64,000 nt of DNA from Tubulanus polymorphus (lineage: Eukaryota > Animalia > Nemertea), in NCBI RefSeq assembly GCF_964204645.1, contig NC_134027.1, forward strand, positions 14,912,485-14,976,484, in the 5' to 3' direction. The notes beneath the pieces were generated by a model. It ran no database searches. It was not told the origin of the DNA and saw only the letters and a list, made by a program, of their open reading frames with translations. A program made the translations under genes and the position numbers. Shown here in pieces: positions 39,451-51,240 of the stretch (position 1 is its first letter; each line of letters starts with the position of its first letter).

Positions 39451-39944
39451 TTTTAATATGGAAATACTAAGTTATTGTACTATTCAACGCCCCCTGGTGA
39501 CCATATTCCTAGTAACTCACCTTGTAACCCAATAACCTTGTAACTCACCATAATCATAGAACATGTCATGAACTACAACTTTGCAATTGATCATGGTAAC
39601 AAAATATGCCTAGGTACCAATATAATAAGGAAATACTAGGTTATTCTACCATTCAACGCCGCTGGTGACCATATAGAATAACTAATTTCCTTAAAACTCA
39701 CTACACTCATAGACGATGTCATGAGCTACACTTTTGCAATTGATTGTGGTTACAAAATATGTATTGGTACAAATATAATATAGAAATACTAAGATATTGT
39801 ATTATTCACCGCCCCCTGGTGGCCATATACAAAAACCAATGAAATTGAAACTCACCACAATCATAGAACACGTTATAAGCTACAACTTTCTAATTCATTG
39901 TTGTAACAAAATATGCTTAGGTATCAATATGATGTCAAAAAACG

Positions 39945-40760
39945 AAGATGATAATTCACGTCTAGAAAACTGAAGACCGATTTCACTTTTATGCCCTGAT
40001 TACAAATAGCAAACCGTCTACTTAATGCAATGACCGATGTTATCGACCCAGGCCAGACCTGCTGTGTCAAAGGTCGGCGCACACATGACAACTGTCATAT
40101 ATTTAGAGACATCATCAAATACACTGAAAATGAAAATATAGATGCCTTTTAATAGCAACAGACCACAGATGAAAGCATTCGATCGCATAGACTGGTCTTT
40201 CATGTTCAAATCGCTAGAATCATTCGGCTTTGGTGAAAATTCAATTAAATACATAAAGATGTGCTATATTAACCCGCAATGGCTTCCTTATGACCCCATT
40301 ACTCAAGAGGGGTAAGGCAGGGGTGTCCGATGAGCGTGATCCTATATGTCATTGTGGCAGAAACGCTTGCAATTAAACTACAACGAGATCCCCATATCAA
40401 AGGCATACGACTACCAGGTAGCGAATGTAAAACAAAGCAATACACCGATGATTCAACTCTCAAACTAGTATCGAATCGATTGATAAACATTTAACATTCT
40501 CTCCGACTTCGAGAAGGCCTCCGGTGCCAAAATAAACCGCAGAAAAACTGAATGCTTATGGATAGGTGCCTCAAAAAATCGATCTGATAAACCTATAAAT
40601 TTGAATTTGAGTAATGAAAATATCAAAATAAAGAGTATGTACTTTGGACACTAAGATGTAGACAAATGAAATTCGGAAAATAAACTGATCAAAATAACGA
40701 GATTATCAAACCAATGGAGACAAACTAAACTATCTTATGAAGGAAAAAGTGTCAGCTTAT
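39945..40760 (+). mobile_element. Tx1/L1-clade LINE RT remnant
   Basis: Across frames: IANRL..M..VIDPGQTCCVKGR..HDN..IFRDII.Y, DQMKAFDRIDW.FMFK.LE.FGFG, RGVRQGCPMS.ILYVIVAE.LA, QYTDD, FEKASGAKIN..KT, W....LSYEGK. Confidence 0.85.
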
Positions 40761-40779
40761 ACTTGACATAAAAGGAAAT

Positions 40780-42000
40780 CAGGGTTCATAGCCTCCAGGC
40801 CCAACTTAATTCAAGTACTTTCAAGGACCTATTTCAACAAAATTCAAGTACTATTTTCTGAAAAATACCATATAAACACTAGTATTTAAGGCAAATATAT
40901 TGCAATGAAAATTCCTTTATCGCAGAAATTTAAAAGAAGTACAAACGCAAATCATCATAAAGAAACATCCACGCGTAGCAGAGCACTTGATAACTTTGGA
41001 ATCTTTCAGCTTTATTCTAAGAAAGATTTACTACATGTATCAGAAATTAATAACTTCAAAACAAGAAATCTGTGGGCCTTTCAACGGAATTACAGGTAGA
41101 CCTCGCCATCAAAAAGACATACTATCGAAAGCAAAAATAACAAAATTATACAAAAGTAAATTACAGCTCATCGACCTATTTACAATCGATTAATTTGCTC
41201 CTTTTGAGTTTCGATGGCTGAAATTAGCTCTTTAGAGCCGCTTCTCCCATCGAAGATATGTCAATGGTTTCGGCGCATATCTTGCACCTAGCTTCTGTTG
41301 AAATTGGTCTGCGTTGAATCCAACTTTTGTATGATTCATGCACCAACCAGGCGTCAGAGAAATGGCACTTTCCCATACTGGCCTATCTAATTTTGAATCC
41401 AACAAATTTCGATGACCGGCTTAAACGTCTAAATGATAACAGCTTAACGCTTAATCATGATCAGCTTGGGATACCCTGACATAAAAAATCACTTTTCGAT
41501 AGTTAATGCTCCAAAGATCGTCAAAATCAAGAACGGTCTTTATATTAATTTGAGGTCATTATTTATTACCAATAATCTATTTAGAATTATTTTGAAGTAT
41601 TTTGTTTGTTTATTTCATCACAACGGCATTTGTATATACGCGGCGCGCGATAGCGGTAGTGCCGCCACGTGTCTACTAATAGATTTGTATATGCATTGTC
41701 AGCAGTGAGCCACGTGCCTAAAACATTTGTACTGTATATATACACAAGTCAGCAGTGTATACGAGTCTATAGCATGCTGACAGTACAGAGTCACAGCACT
41801 CTCACACGTGGTTGGCAGTGTGCGGGCGTATTGAAGTCAATACAACAAACTAATTGACAAAATTTGGACAACATTAAAAATTCAAGGACTTCCAATGATT
41901 TTTACTGAAATTTTGAAAATTCAAGCATTTTCAAGGCCTTGAAAACGCATTTTGTGATTCAAGCACTATTAAGCACTTTCCAGGATCGCTACGAACCCTG
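40780..42000 (-). mobile_element. hAT5-type (5-bp TSD) internally deleted transposon
   Basis: TIRs CAGGGTTC(A/G)TAGC, TTCAAG-type subterminal repeats, TSD GAAAT. From 41376 the minus strand encodes MGKCHFSDAWL..ESYKSWI....EARCKICAETIDISSMGEAALKS (BED-type zinc finger). Confidence 0.8.
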
Positions 42001-43164
42001 GAAATGCATGTTATAAAAGTATAAGGTAATTAGATTCTAAATGACAAACAGTTGTTTATACAAGGAAGAGAAGGTAAATACGTAACACATTTTAAGTAGG
42101 ACTAATGGATTTTGAAATGAAATAGATATAATCATTATAGATTATAAGCCTCCTAATAAATTACAAGGTTTCATTAAATCAAAAGCATCTCAGATGTCAT
42201 ATTTATATTTTTGTTGCTTAAGCTGAAATCAAATCTGGCTGTATCGGGAGATGAGAAAGTATTCTAAGTTCCATACAAACTCTGTCCGGATAACAGGATT
42301 CAAAGCCAAGACCTTAGGCTAAAAAATTGATACTTTGTCTCTCCACTCATTGCTGAGCTTAAAAGTTGACACAGCCGGCCACCTCTACCCTGTACATTAT
42401 TTTTTTAAACCATGATCAATGATATTTTACTATAACAGACCCGGCAGTTTTAGAAATGAACCGATAAACATTTTACAACTACAAAGATTCTTTCTGTGAG
42501 GTCGGGTTAGTAACAAATTCAACATTCTAATGAATTCTCTATCTATTCTCAAACTACAGTAGATCAGTTCGACATGAACAATATGAATGTGTGAGCGATA
42601 TTTATTTGCCAGACAGAAGCGACAGTGCACCTTCCCTCGTAGTATCATTCTCACGGCAATGCAGTTTATGCCACGCTGTACGAGGAAGTGCGAAGATCGC
42701 GGCCACCCAGCTACGTACCCGTCTTATCATAAGCCTTAGCGTCAAGCAGTAGCGCAAAAGAGATGCAGAGGTCTACAAGACGAATCCCGCGCAGAGGCAA
42801 AATTGTAGCGAGTAAGCTGCAGCTAATATAGCGTTCGAATTCAACTATATACTACACAATATGGATCGAACTGTATGGTGTTTTTTAATGCGGATTAGAA
42901 TTGTTTGAAATTCGTCCACATATTGATACAAACGTTTTTTTTTTTGGTCAAGATAATCCCGGGCGTATGCATAATTAACGTAAGTTCTAATATTTTCTAA
43001 CAAATCGTTTTTAAGAGAATATCCTTTATCTAAAGATTAACGGCTTCGTTGATTTTGGTGAGCTCCACATGTTTCTATAACGAGGGCGCCATCATTACAG
43101 CTCCACAGTAAATACTGCAAACTACGCCGCGCATCGACATGCAATTTTCAGCACATTTCTACGT

Positions 43165-43650
43165 AGTTAAAGCAAAAGATTATTTATGTTGATTATATAG
43201 TAGAAACTCCTGATAGAAGGAAAGACACGCAAATGTGTCATATAAATATAATGAAACCATATATAAGTAAAGAAGATGTGACTAAAAGTGATGTTTGGAA
43301 TCCGAAAGTTGTTTCTTCGTTGATTAGGGAACCAATTCATAATGTGCTGGAATTGAACAATTTGGTGGTTCCTCCTACTTTTGACAATTCGAGTGAATTT
43401 AAGTTATTAGATGAAAAGTTATCGCATTTAGAACCTAATTAAAAGAAATAATTGAGAAACAATTAATGAATTTAAACATTTGTTCACAGATTCTCCAGGT
43501 GAAACCAGATGGATAACTCATGATCTGCATGTGGGTGACGCTACACCAGTTAAACAGGCCCCATATCGAGTGAATACAGTTAAGAGAGATATCATGAAAA
43601 CATAGGTTGAGGCCATGGTAGAAATGGGTGTAGCTGAACTCAGTGATCAA
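43165..43650 (+). mobile_element. Gypsy LTR-retrotransposon remnant with integrase C-terminus upstream of RT (Gmr1-like order)
   Basis: YIVETPDRRKDTQMCHINIMKPY (integrase C-terminal module), a linker, EKLSHL.., then ITHDLHVGDATPVKQAPYRVN..KR.IM...VEAMVEMGVAE.S (start of RT). Confidence 0.7.
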
Positions 43651-44421
43651 CAGAAAACAGACGTGCTTAGCCCAAAAGTAGTATTGCATATTTATTTCAG
43701 TAAAAATAAGCTCACATCAGTAGTTTTAATGAATATTTGTCTGTCAATAGTTTCCAATTAAGCATCAATGGTTTTATATCATAAAACCAGTAGTTTCCTT
43801 TTGAGTATCAGTAGTATCAGAAAACAGAATTAATCAAAAAAATATAATTGAATATTCTTTACTTTTTAAATTTTTCATTGTTCCTCCGGTCAATGAGAAC
43901 CTAAATCTGAGGATCGGAAGGATAAAAACCTCAAGCGGTTTTAATTAACAGACAGTATGTTTGTTCAAAATGTGGCATTTAATTTAGCAATACCGATCTT
44001 TTCCCGGGATTGAATCTACTTAGTATTATGGAAAAGGTATCAGCAGGTGCTGCCACTGTGATGAAAGGTTATGTAGTGGGTTTCCCCAAGGATGAAAATA
44101 TCTATCAATAAAGTCAGGAAAATAATCGTTTTTAAAAGAAAAACAATTTCATTTTAGCAAATACGGAAATTCCGTGGGGTCAGCAGGTCTGAGAATAACA
44201 AGAGGGTTTCTGCGAGAGCAGCAGAAACCCTATTTGCACAAAAAAGCAAAATTTTGGTCTTGAAAAACAAACTTCACATGTAATAACAATGAGTAAGAAA
44301 AATATCCCGGCTTATAGTTTCTGCTTCTGTGAACCTGGCTGTATTTATTGCCCATTGGCGTCGATTACTTATATAAAATCCAGGTGGCAAAAATATCAGC
44401 CTCATATTCTTTTGTACTTAC

Positions 44422-44475
44422 ATTCTGAATGATATTCCTCAGTGTTGACTTTGCCTGAAGAGTTGCTGCCATAGC
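44422..44475 (-). CDS. ELMO: ELMO internal exon
   Basis: ctttcag|AMAATLQAKSTLRNIIQN|gtaagt. Aligns with ELMO1 EMANILAQKQLRSIILT and joins the 31222 exon in phase 0. 54 bp. Confidence 0.85.
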
Positions 44476-45704
44476 CTGAAAGTGGTGCAAAACGAGCAAC
44501 TTTAAGAGTCAACTAATATGGTTAACTTACCAGGGGACTATTAGAGAATCTAGTCCATTAGTCCATAGGCCCTAGGCCAATTCAAAGGCTGTCTCTGCGA
44601 TCTTGAAAATCAATAAGTTGCCATTACCAATTAAAGTTGTGCATTAAAAAATATGGATGACAAAACTGATAAAAGAATAACTAAATTTCTTTACATGGCA
44701 GGGACGAGTGGATTGAAAAAACGCGGAAATAAGTAAAACTATTAGGCAAACTGCTGGCTTAGCCAGCAGTTACAAGCATCGAAGGTGAGAAGCCCCTTAA
44801 GTGGGATTAGGCCCCCCAAGAAAATCTGAAATTTCAAGGGGTTTTTGGCGCATTTCAGGCCCATTTTCCAGCATTGACTAATGACAAAATAGATGACTCA
44901 AATAGACACACTCCACGTGCAGTGCAAACCTGGATGCTGAACAATTTCATTTTTTACACACACTGTCTACGAAGTTTGTTAGAGAATTTATATTGGTAAA
45001 TAGAACAATTTCAAGATTAAGTTCCCCCTTTCCCAATTTCACTGTCCTTCTATAAAATTCTTGTCTTTTCACGGCCACCCATGACAAACCCTGGCAGTTG
45101 AATCATTAGCAGTTTCCTGGAAAATTTTAACTAGGCCACACACGAGGCGCTCTGTTCACGCAGAGATCAATACACCACAAAGCAGCGAGTCTGTGTAACC
45201 CGCACATACGAGGCAGCACATGTATTCTTCCAAAACAAAATGTAGTCCCAACAACACATTACTAGATTAATAAATAAGCAATGCATTCAATGAAATTCAA
45301 TAAAGTCAGATTTATTACTGCATCGAATGTTTTGAAAGTTCCAAAGAGAAGCTAAGCCTAGTTCGGAAGTTATTTTGTACCAAAGGAAGAGAGTCTCATA
45401 TGCGATAGCAAAAGTCAAGACGATTTTCACGACTCGATATGCCGTCTACACAACGTAAAACGAAAGTAACATGTATACACAAACGCGCGCCACTTCATTG
45501 TCAGCTGAGTCTGTATGGCTGCGCAAACAAGAGTTTGTTACCCTAATCCTTCTAATATTAGTGATGCTGAACAAACGCTTCAATTAATAGTCGTCTTTTA
45601 TTCTAAATCTTATCAGTTCATTGCCCCTTACAATTTATGATTCATGAAGATGTTATTATGCATCTACTCTAATTCGAAGATTTCATATTTCTTGAATTAG
45701 ATAA

Positions 45705-46790
45705 TAAATTGCCCATGGGCAAAGTGTAGTTTACCTTGAAAATCTAGAGGTTGTTTGGAATAAGGGCATTGCTTGAAAAATCTTTTTAATTCGTGACTTC
45801 AAAGTTCCACAAGTTTATGTTATATTTTATCTTTCTCAAAGAATTATTTTGAAGTCAAATAAGACCAAAGATATACATTTGGTTACAGTCCACTTCCAAA
45901 ATTTTGTAGGGTACAGGTAGGCGCGGCAGGGAAACTATTTTATATTAAAAAAAAAAATATGTTTCACAATATGAAAAAAATATTCAAATAAGGCCATCCC
46001 AAAATAATTGTCTGTTTGCCGTAACACCGACTCAACTTTTCAGGATGAGTCGGTAGGTAGAAATTTATTTTGCAAAATTTTTGGGCAAAAAAAAATGTAT
46101 CACCCTTTTTACATGGAAACAATATCCCAAAAATCATCTACGTTGTGCACGGGAAATTTGTCTAATAGCGTAGATTTCAAGAATTATTCTAAAATTATAA
46201 CTTCGACCAGAGCGTCATAGCTCTGTGTTAAAAATGAAACAGTACATTGAATATGTGCGCGCTTTTACGTTACCAGCTTTAATATAGTCACTATGAGAAT
46301 GAATGGCAGCTTATTGGAACACTGCCAGTTTCCTGGAAAACTTAAATTAGGCCACATGTCAAGGCATGTTTTCACACGATGCACACTTGAATTCAAACAT
46401 ACATAGCTCATACGTCGGCAGTGGGTCTTTTCACTCGGTACCTTTGAAATCTGAAATTTCAAGGGGTTTTTGGCGCATTTGAGGCCCATTTTCCAACTTT
46501 GACTAATGACAAAATAGAAAACTCAAATAGACACACTCCACGTGCAGTGCAAACCTGGATGCTGAACAATTTCATTTTTACACACACTGTCTACAAAGTT
46601 TGTTAGAGAATTTATATTACAATCTATTACAAATTCTATCAAACAGAAAGCACAGCGCTCATCTTCTGCTACGATTATTCAGCCTATTTTCATGTCAAAC
46701 GTGCACGCGTTACAGCATCACCTTTAGTAGTGTACTGTACGAGCTTGTGCGTGTGTCGTGTAGCACTCCGCGCGCACGTGCACGTGTTAC
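45705..46790 (-). mobile_element. HINE family B copy 3 (rearranged)
   Basis: 45705-46420 is nearly identical to 37351-38060, including the left part of the Harbinger MITE. 46447-46618 duplicates 44822-44994, and HINE-B sequence resumes at about 46620. Confidence 0.75.
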
Positions 46791-49110
46791 AGTATCACCT
46801 TCAGATAGCAGACATCATAGATTTGAAACATTACCTTTTTTCGACTTTGTGGAGCCATCATGAACATGGCATTGATAAGACCAATCGAACTTTTTTGGAT
46901 ATCTTGATTAGCACTGAAATTAATCAAATCATGATTATAAATAACTCATTTAACACCTAAAATATAGAATATTTAAGGATAGACTTATGCGGATTATGGA
47001 ATTTGTCGTATTCAGGGATGAAAACAGAGGCATTTAAATTTACAGATATATTAGTCGATTATTCACTAGTTGCAAGTAGCGAAAATGTGAAGCCATTAGG
47101 GAGACCTGCCCATAAAACTTTTATTATTTCCATGCATTTTTGGTGCATCAAAGGCCCAATAAGTTTGGTTTGTTCATTGTTGACGTCAAAAGTCAATGAA
47201 AAAGGAGGATTCTGATATCAAAATCACCTGGAGATGTACACATAGTTGAAGGTACAGACGAGCCCCTATCTATGATCTTGCTATCAATCACTCAAGATGA
47301 GCACACAGTGCATGCTTTAATCTAATTCATTGATAACGTATGCCTTGTAGAATGAACTGAAGCGCATGAACACAGATTCTAAATGTAGATGTCATGCAAT
47401 TCTGTGCAATAGTGCGATGGCTGACGAGGTAAACACGACTATTAAGATGAGATTTTAAGTGTCAGCGGAGTTTTCCACGCCTTTACTTAAAGAGACAGAA
47501 CTTTGAATACCATGAAAATCAATATGGAGCTAGGAGTTCACACAAGCTGAATTCAGCTTGTAGCCCCAATTACGTCATCATTAGCACAATCTACATGGGT
47601 ATCCAATGAACTACATGAAAATTCCTACATATTTATACACTTTCAATCATTTATATTTCAGTAATCCATCACTCATTACAGCTAAAATTTCTCAAAAATG
47701 ATTATTATGTATTGCATAACATTATCTATCATTTACTCGCTGCCAGCCATTTTTCAGGAAATGCTACTCTTCGTCAGGAGTTCCGTGTTTTTCAGAGATT
47801 TTTAAAACAAAAACTAGAAGAGATAATACTTTCATCAACTTAGTTTTATTTTGTTCCTTTGGTCTTGCTTTTCCAGGTAAAATCAGCAGCATTTCTTCTA
47901 ACAGTGATACAATCTGTAGCAATCACAAGTGCAGAGGAGGTATCTTGCAGAAAATATGCCCATTCATGCGTGTTCAGCCCCCATTTCAATAGATGATATA
48001 ACTAACACACTGCATAGAATGACTGATGATAATCGTTTTTAGTAGTAAGAGGCATAAAACTAACTGGAGTTGTGCGATGAATTCCCCATCTATCGTCAGA
48101 GTTAAAGAAACTAGTCAACCATACCAGCACAGTTTTGGCAGGCAGGGATGGGAAATATCGAACGTACCAGCACGTTTTGGCAGGCAAAGAGTTAAAGATG
48201 AAAGCTATTTTAGGCTAAAATAAGGTCTGTTTTAGGTCTGTTAGTATTGAGTGTGCTACGATATCAACTTCCGACTTTTCCTCAAGACTTAAACCACTTC
48301 CCCCATCATGAATAACCCTTCTCAACAGATCCAATCATCCAGTAAAGTCCAATAAAGCAGGTAAGTGCTGAGCTATAAAATGGGCATCGTTTCAATGCTT
48401 TGCACGAAGGGTAAGTTGCATGAGCATTCGGTTTTGCGCGAGTCTTTCGATTGTGTGAAACACGTTCTCGCGCTCGAACAGTAACTGCGAGTGTGAAAGC
48501 CTCAATCGCTTGAGCGCAAAGGTTAGCAATGTTACGAAAAGAATCTAGAATCGAAACCATTCGAAGATGTTTCAATGTTAAACAACTACGCTACTTGCAG
48601 AATTATCGTATTTGTCAAAAATTTGAAATATGAATATTAAATATTCTAAAAAAATCTCCGAATGTGGTTTAACGCTCGGAAAACCCGCTGTTCGAATGGC
48701 TCGAGTGCGGTACGCGAAGTGGAAAGCCCGACGCGAGAGAGTACAGTGCGCAGCCAGCAAGCGTTACAAAATATCTGAATATGATTTGAGGATGTTTACT
48801 TCCAATGATTATACAACTACGGTCCTTGCAGAATTATCGTATTTAAGAATGAATAATAAGTCTTGATTCACTAATCATTTATATTACCGTTGTTTCTCCA
48901 TCAATAGTTTGCATTTTGGCCCGATTGCTCACAGGGCTACACACGCCTGCCATGCCAGGTCGCTATCACAATTTAGAAAACAGCATGCACGTACTACTTT
49001 TATTTTTATAAATAATGCCTCGAATAAGTCATGTTGATTCTGCCAAAAAACGGAAATTAGAGGAGATAAAGCAGCCGAGTACGAAACGTCATCGAAGAGG
49101 ATTGTTTGTG

Positions 49111-49417
49111 GTACGATAACCACACTCAAACGTGGTGAACAGATGATAAGATAAAAACCCACTATTTACAAATTGAAAGAAATCTAAAATTGAGAATTTA
49201 TTTATTGAAACAATCTAAAATTTAAGAACACGACGTTTCGATCTCATACTAGAGATAATCGTTAGGTGTGAGATATTGACTAAAACAGGGGTATATATAC
49301 AGAGGAGAACTGGTTAATTGAGTAAATAGGTGAGTGAGTGAAACCTTGATCGTTTCAATAAATAAATTCTCGATCTTAGATTTCTTTTAATTTGTAAATA
49401 AAAGGTTTTTATCTATC
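49111..49417 (-). mobile_element. Penelope pLTR-derived mini-element with inverted arms and hammerhead motif
   Basis: About 67-bp inverted arms at 49149-49215 / 49348-49414. 13-bp flanking direct repeat AGGATTGTTTGTG. Confidence 0.7.
49229..49268 (-). ncRNA. Minimal type I hammerhead ribozyme motif (core mutated)
   Basis: Minus strand CAC-CTAACGA-TT-ATCTC tagtat GAGAT-C-GAAAC-GTC-GTG. CUGANGA carries a G to A change. Confidence 0.65.
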
Positions 49418-49430
49418 AGGATTGTTTGTG

Positions 49431-51240
49431 TCTGAGCTTGAAAAAGATGGTCTAGATATATTTTTCGTTTTCGTTTAAAAGAAACGCAGCGTGAAAAGCT
49501 TGCTGGTATGGGGCCATTTATGATGTTGTTGTGGTTATGATGACCTTGCACACAGGTTAGCGCTAGCTGTAAATTCTAGCAATGACTAGATTATATATAT
49601 CAAACAAGTTGAAGAGGATCTAAGAATTCTATAGACATTTTTTAGAATAGTACAAAGAGAGTTGCCTGCTGTTCAAAGTTACATTGTCAATGTATTGACA
49701 GAAGTGGTATTGCGTACACTGGAAAATCTCGGAAACTAAAAGGAAAATCAAAGAAAACTATGAAAAGTTGATGTACCAGATGGCTCAGTATGGGTAAATC
49801 AGTCTCATCTGCTAAATAGAACTTTGTACCTATTGTTTCAACTCTTATGCAGCTGAAAGATACCGATCCACCAGCGTTAGCACTCTTCAAAAGAATGAAC
49901 AGTGTAAAGTTTCTTGGAGCAATGTATATTCTGCACGCTGTATTGGCATGTCTAAATGCATTAAGTAGATGATTCCAAGCTGGTACTCTTAACTTTTAAC
50001 ATGTCAATCCGGCAATAGAGCATACAAAAGATCAATTTACCCTTTCAATACCACATAGTGTCTCCGCTGCTGTACCGGAGGGAATTTAGGGGTTTATAGG
50101 GGTATATTTGAAACTTCATAGAATAGTTACCAAGGTAAGTGACACAGAAAATTCATAAAGCATGTTGTTGATAACTTTTGGGCCAACAATGTAGACATAA
50201 ATAATTTGGATATAAGTGAACTTGAGGTCAAGGTCACATACTCCAAGATGGCCGCCATAAAAAAAATTCACGAAAAAGTTTCAGATAAACTGCTCTGTCT
50301 CCCAGCAAAATGCACTGATCTATTCAATTCCAACTGAAATTGTATGCCATATATCCTTACTTTACATAGTAAAAATTTCAAAGTAATAGAACAACAAAAA
50401 AATTTATTTTTCCACTCATTTACCAACTTCTCCACTGATATGTCGGAAGGCCGGATGTAAGGGGTTTCATTGGGGTATAATTTCAGGCCTCATAAAATTG
50501 TTACCTATGTATTTGACACTAATACATTGCATACCATGGTGTTGATAACCATTGGGCTTACAAATAAGACAAATTATTTGGATATATGTGACCTTGGGGA
50601 TGGACAGTTTCTGATTCTTCATTATTGTTGTTGGTGTCCCTTGCCATGACAACTGTATCAATAGGGTCTAAAAAATTGTCACTGATTTCATTTTCATCAT
50701 CAAAATCATTGCCGGCACTATAAACCTATTTTCTGACTAAGGCTCATCATCTAAACTGCTGCTGTCATATTCGTTGTCACTCTCAATTTGTTCACTACCA
50801 AATTCCAAGGCACCAGCATCACTGTCAGCATCATATACGAGCTGCTGAACCGTTTCATTCAGCCAAATTGTTTTTTCCTGGCTGTTGCCATCTTGGATTT
50901 TATGCAGATGGCAGCACCAGCTGATACTGATAGATATGCCCTTCTAGAAAAAGGGTTTAGTGATACCGTATCACATACAGTACGGGTATGCTAGCTTGCC
51001 AATTATTGTACCGTATGCCATACGGTAGTGGTATTGTAAGGGTTAAGCGAGTTAGCTACAAATCTGAAACCAAATCATGATTGAGAACAAGATCTCAGAA
51101 AAGACACTGGAAGATTGTCAAATAATGGTCTTGAATTAGAACTGGCAGATTTCTACAGAACGACACTTGAAGATACGCTGAACAAGTATGTAGATGGATT
51201 AGTGAAACATATAGAGGAGAGACTAGCTACAAACTTTCCA
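49431..51240 (+). pseudogene. hAT (ZNF862-like) transposase remnant, split by piggyBac
   Basis: AHRLALAV, YIKQVE..LR..Y.FF.NSTKR, CTRWLS..KSV, A.ALFKRM..VKFLGAMYIL..VL..LN.LSR.FQAG.LNF, then after the insert L.ELA...KYVDGLVKHIEERL. Confidence 0.75.
50040..51042 (-). mobile_element. Non-autonomous piggyBac (deletion derivative)
   Basis: TIRs CCCTT(T/A)CAATACCAC, TSD TTTA/TTAA. The minus strand keeps an acidic transposase-like N-terminus (MATARKKQF..ETVQQLVYDADSD...ESDNEYDSSS). Confidence 0.8.

Larger units (their letters stand above)
37250..39944 (-). mobile_element. HINE family A copy interrupted by HINE-B and a piggyBac MITE
   Basis: Family start at 37250, broken at CATATACAA^AAACCAATG (37350/39072), then about five 154-bp units. 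Truncated at 39944. Confidence 0.8.

Noticed and set aside
42430-42700. Possible LINE C-terminal zinc-knuckle remnant (CRFC..H..C)
   Set aside because: Too decayed to assign without a database search.
47878-47939. Plus-strand exon-like segment after a polypyrimidine tract
   Set aside because: No partner exons or recognisable peptide; such signals arise by chance in AT-rich DNA.
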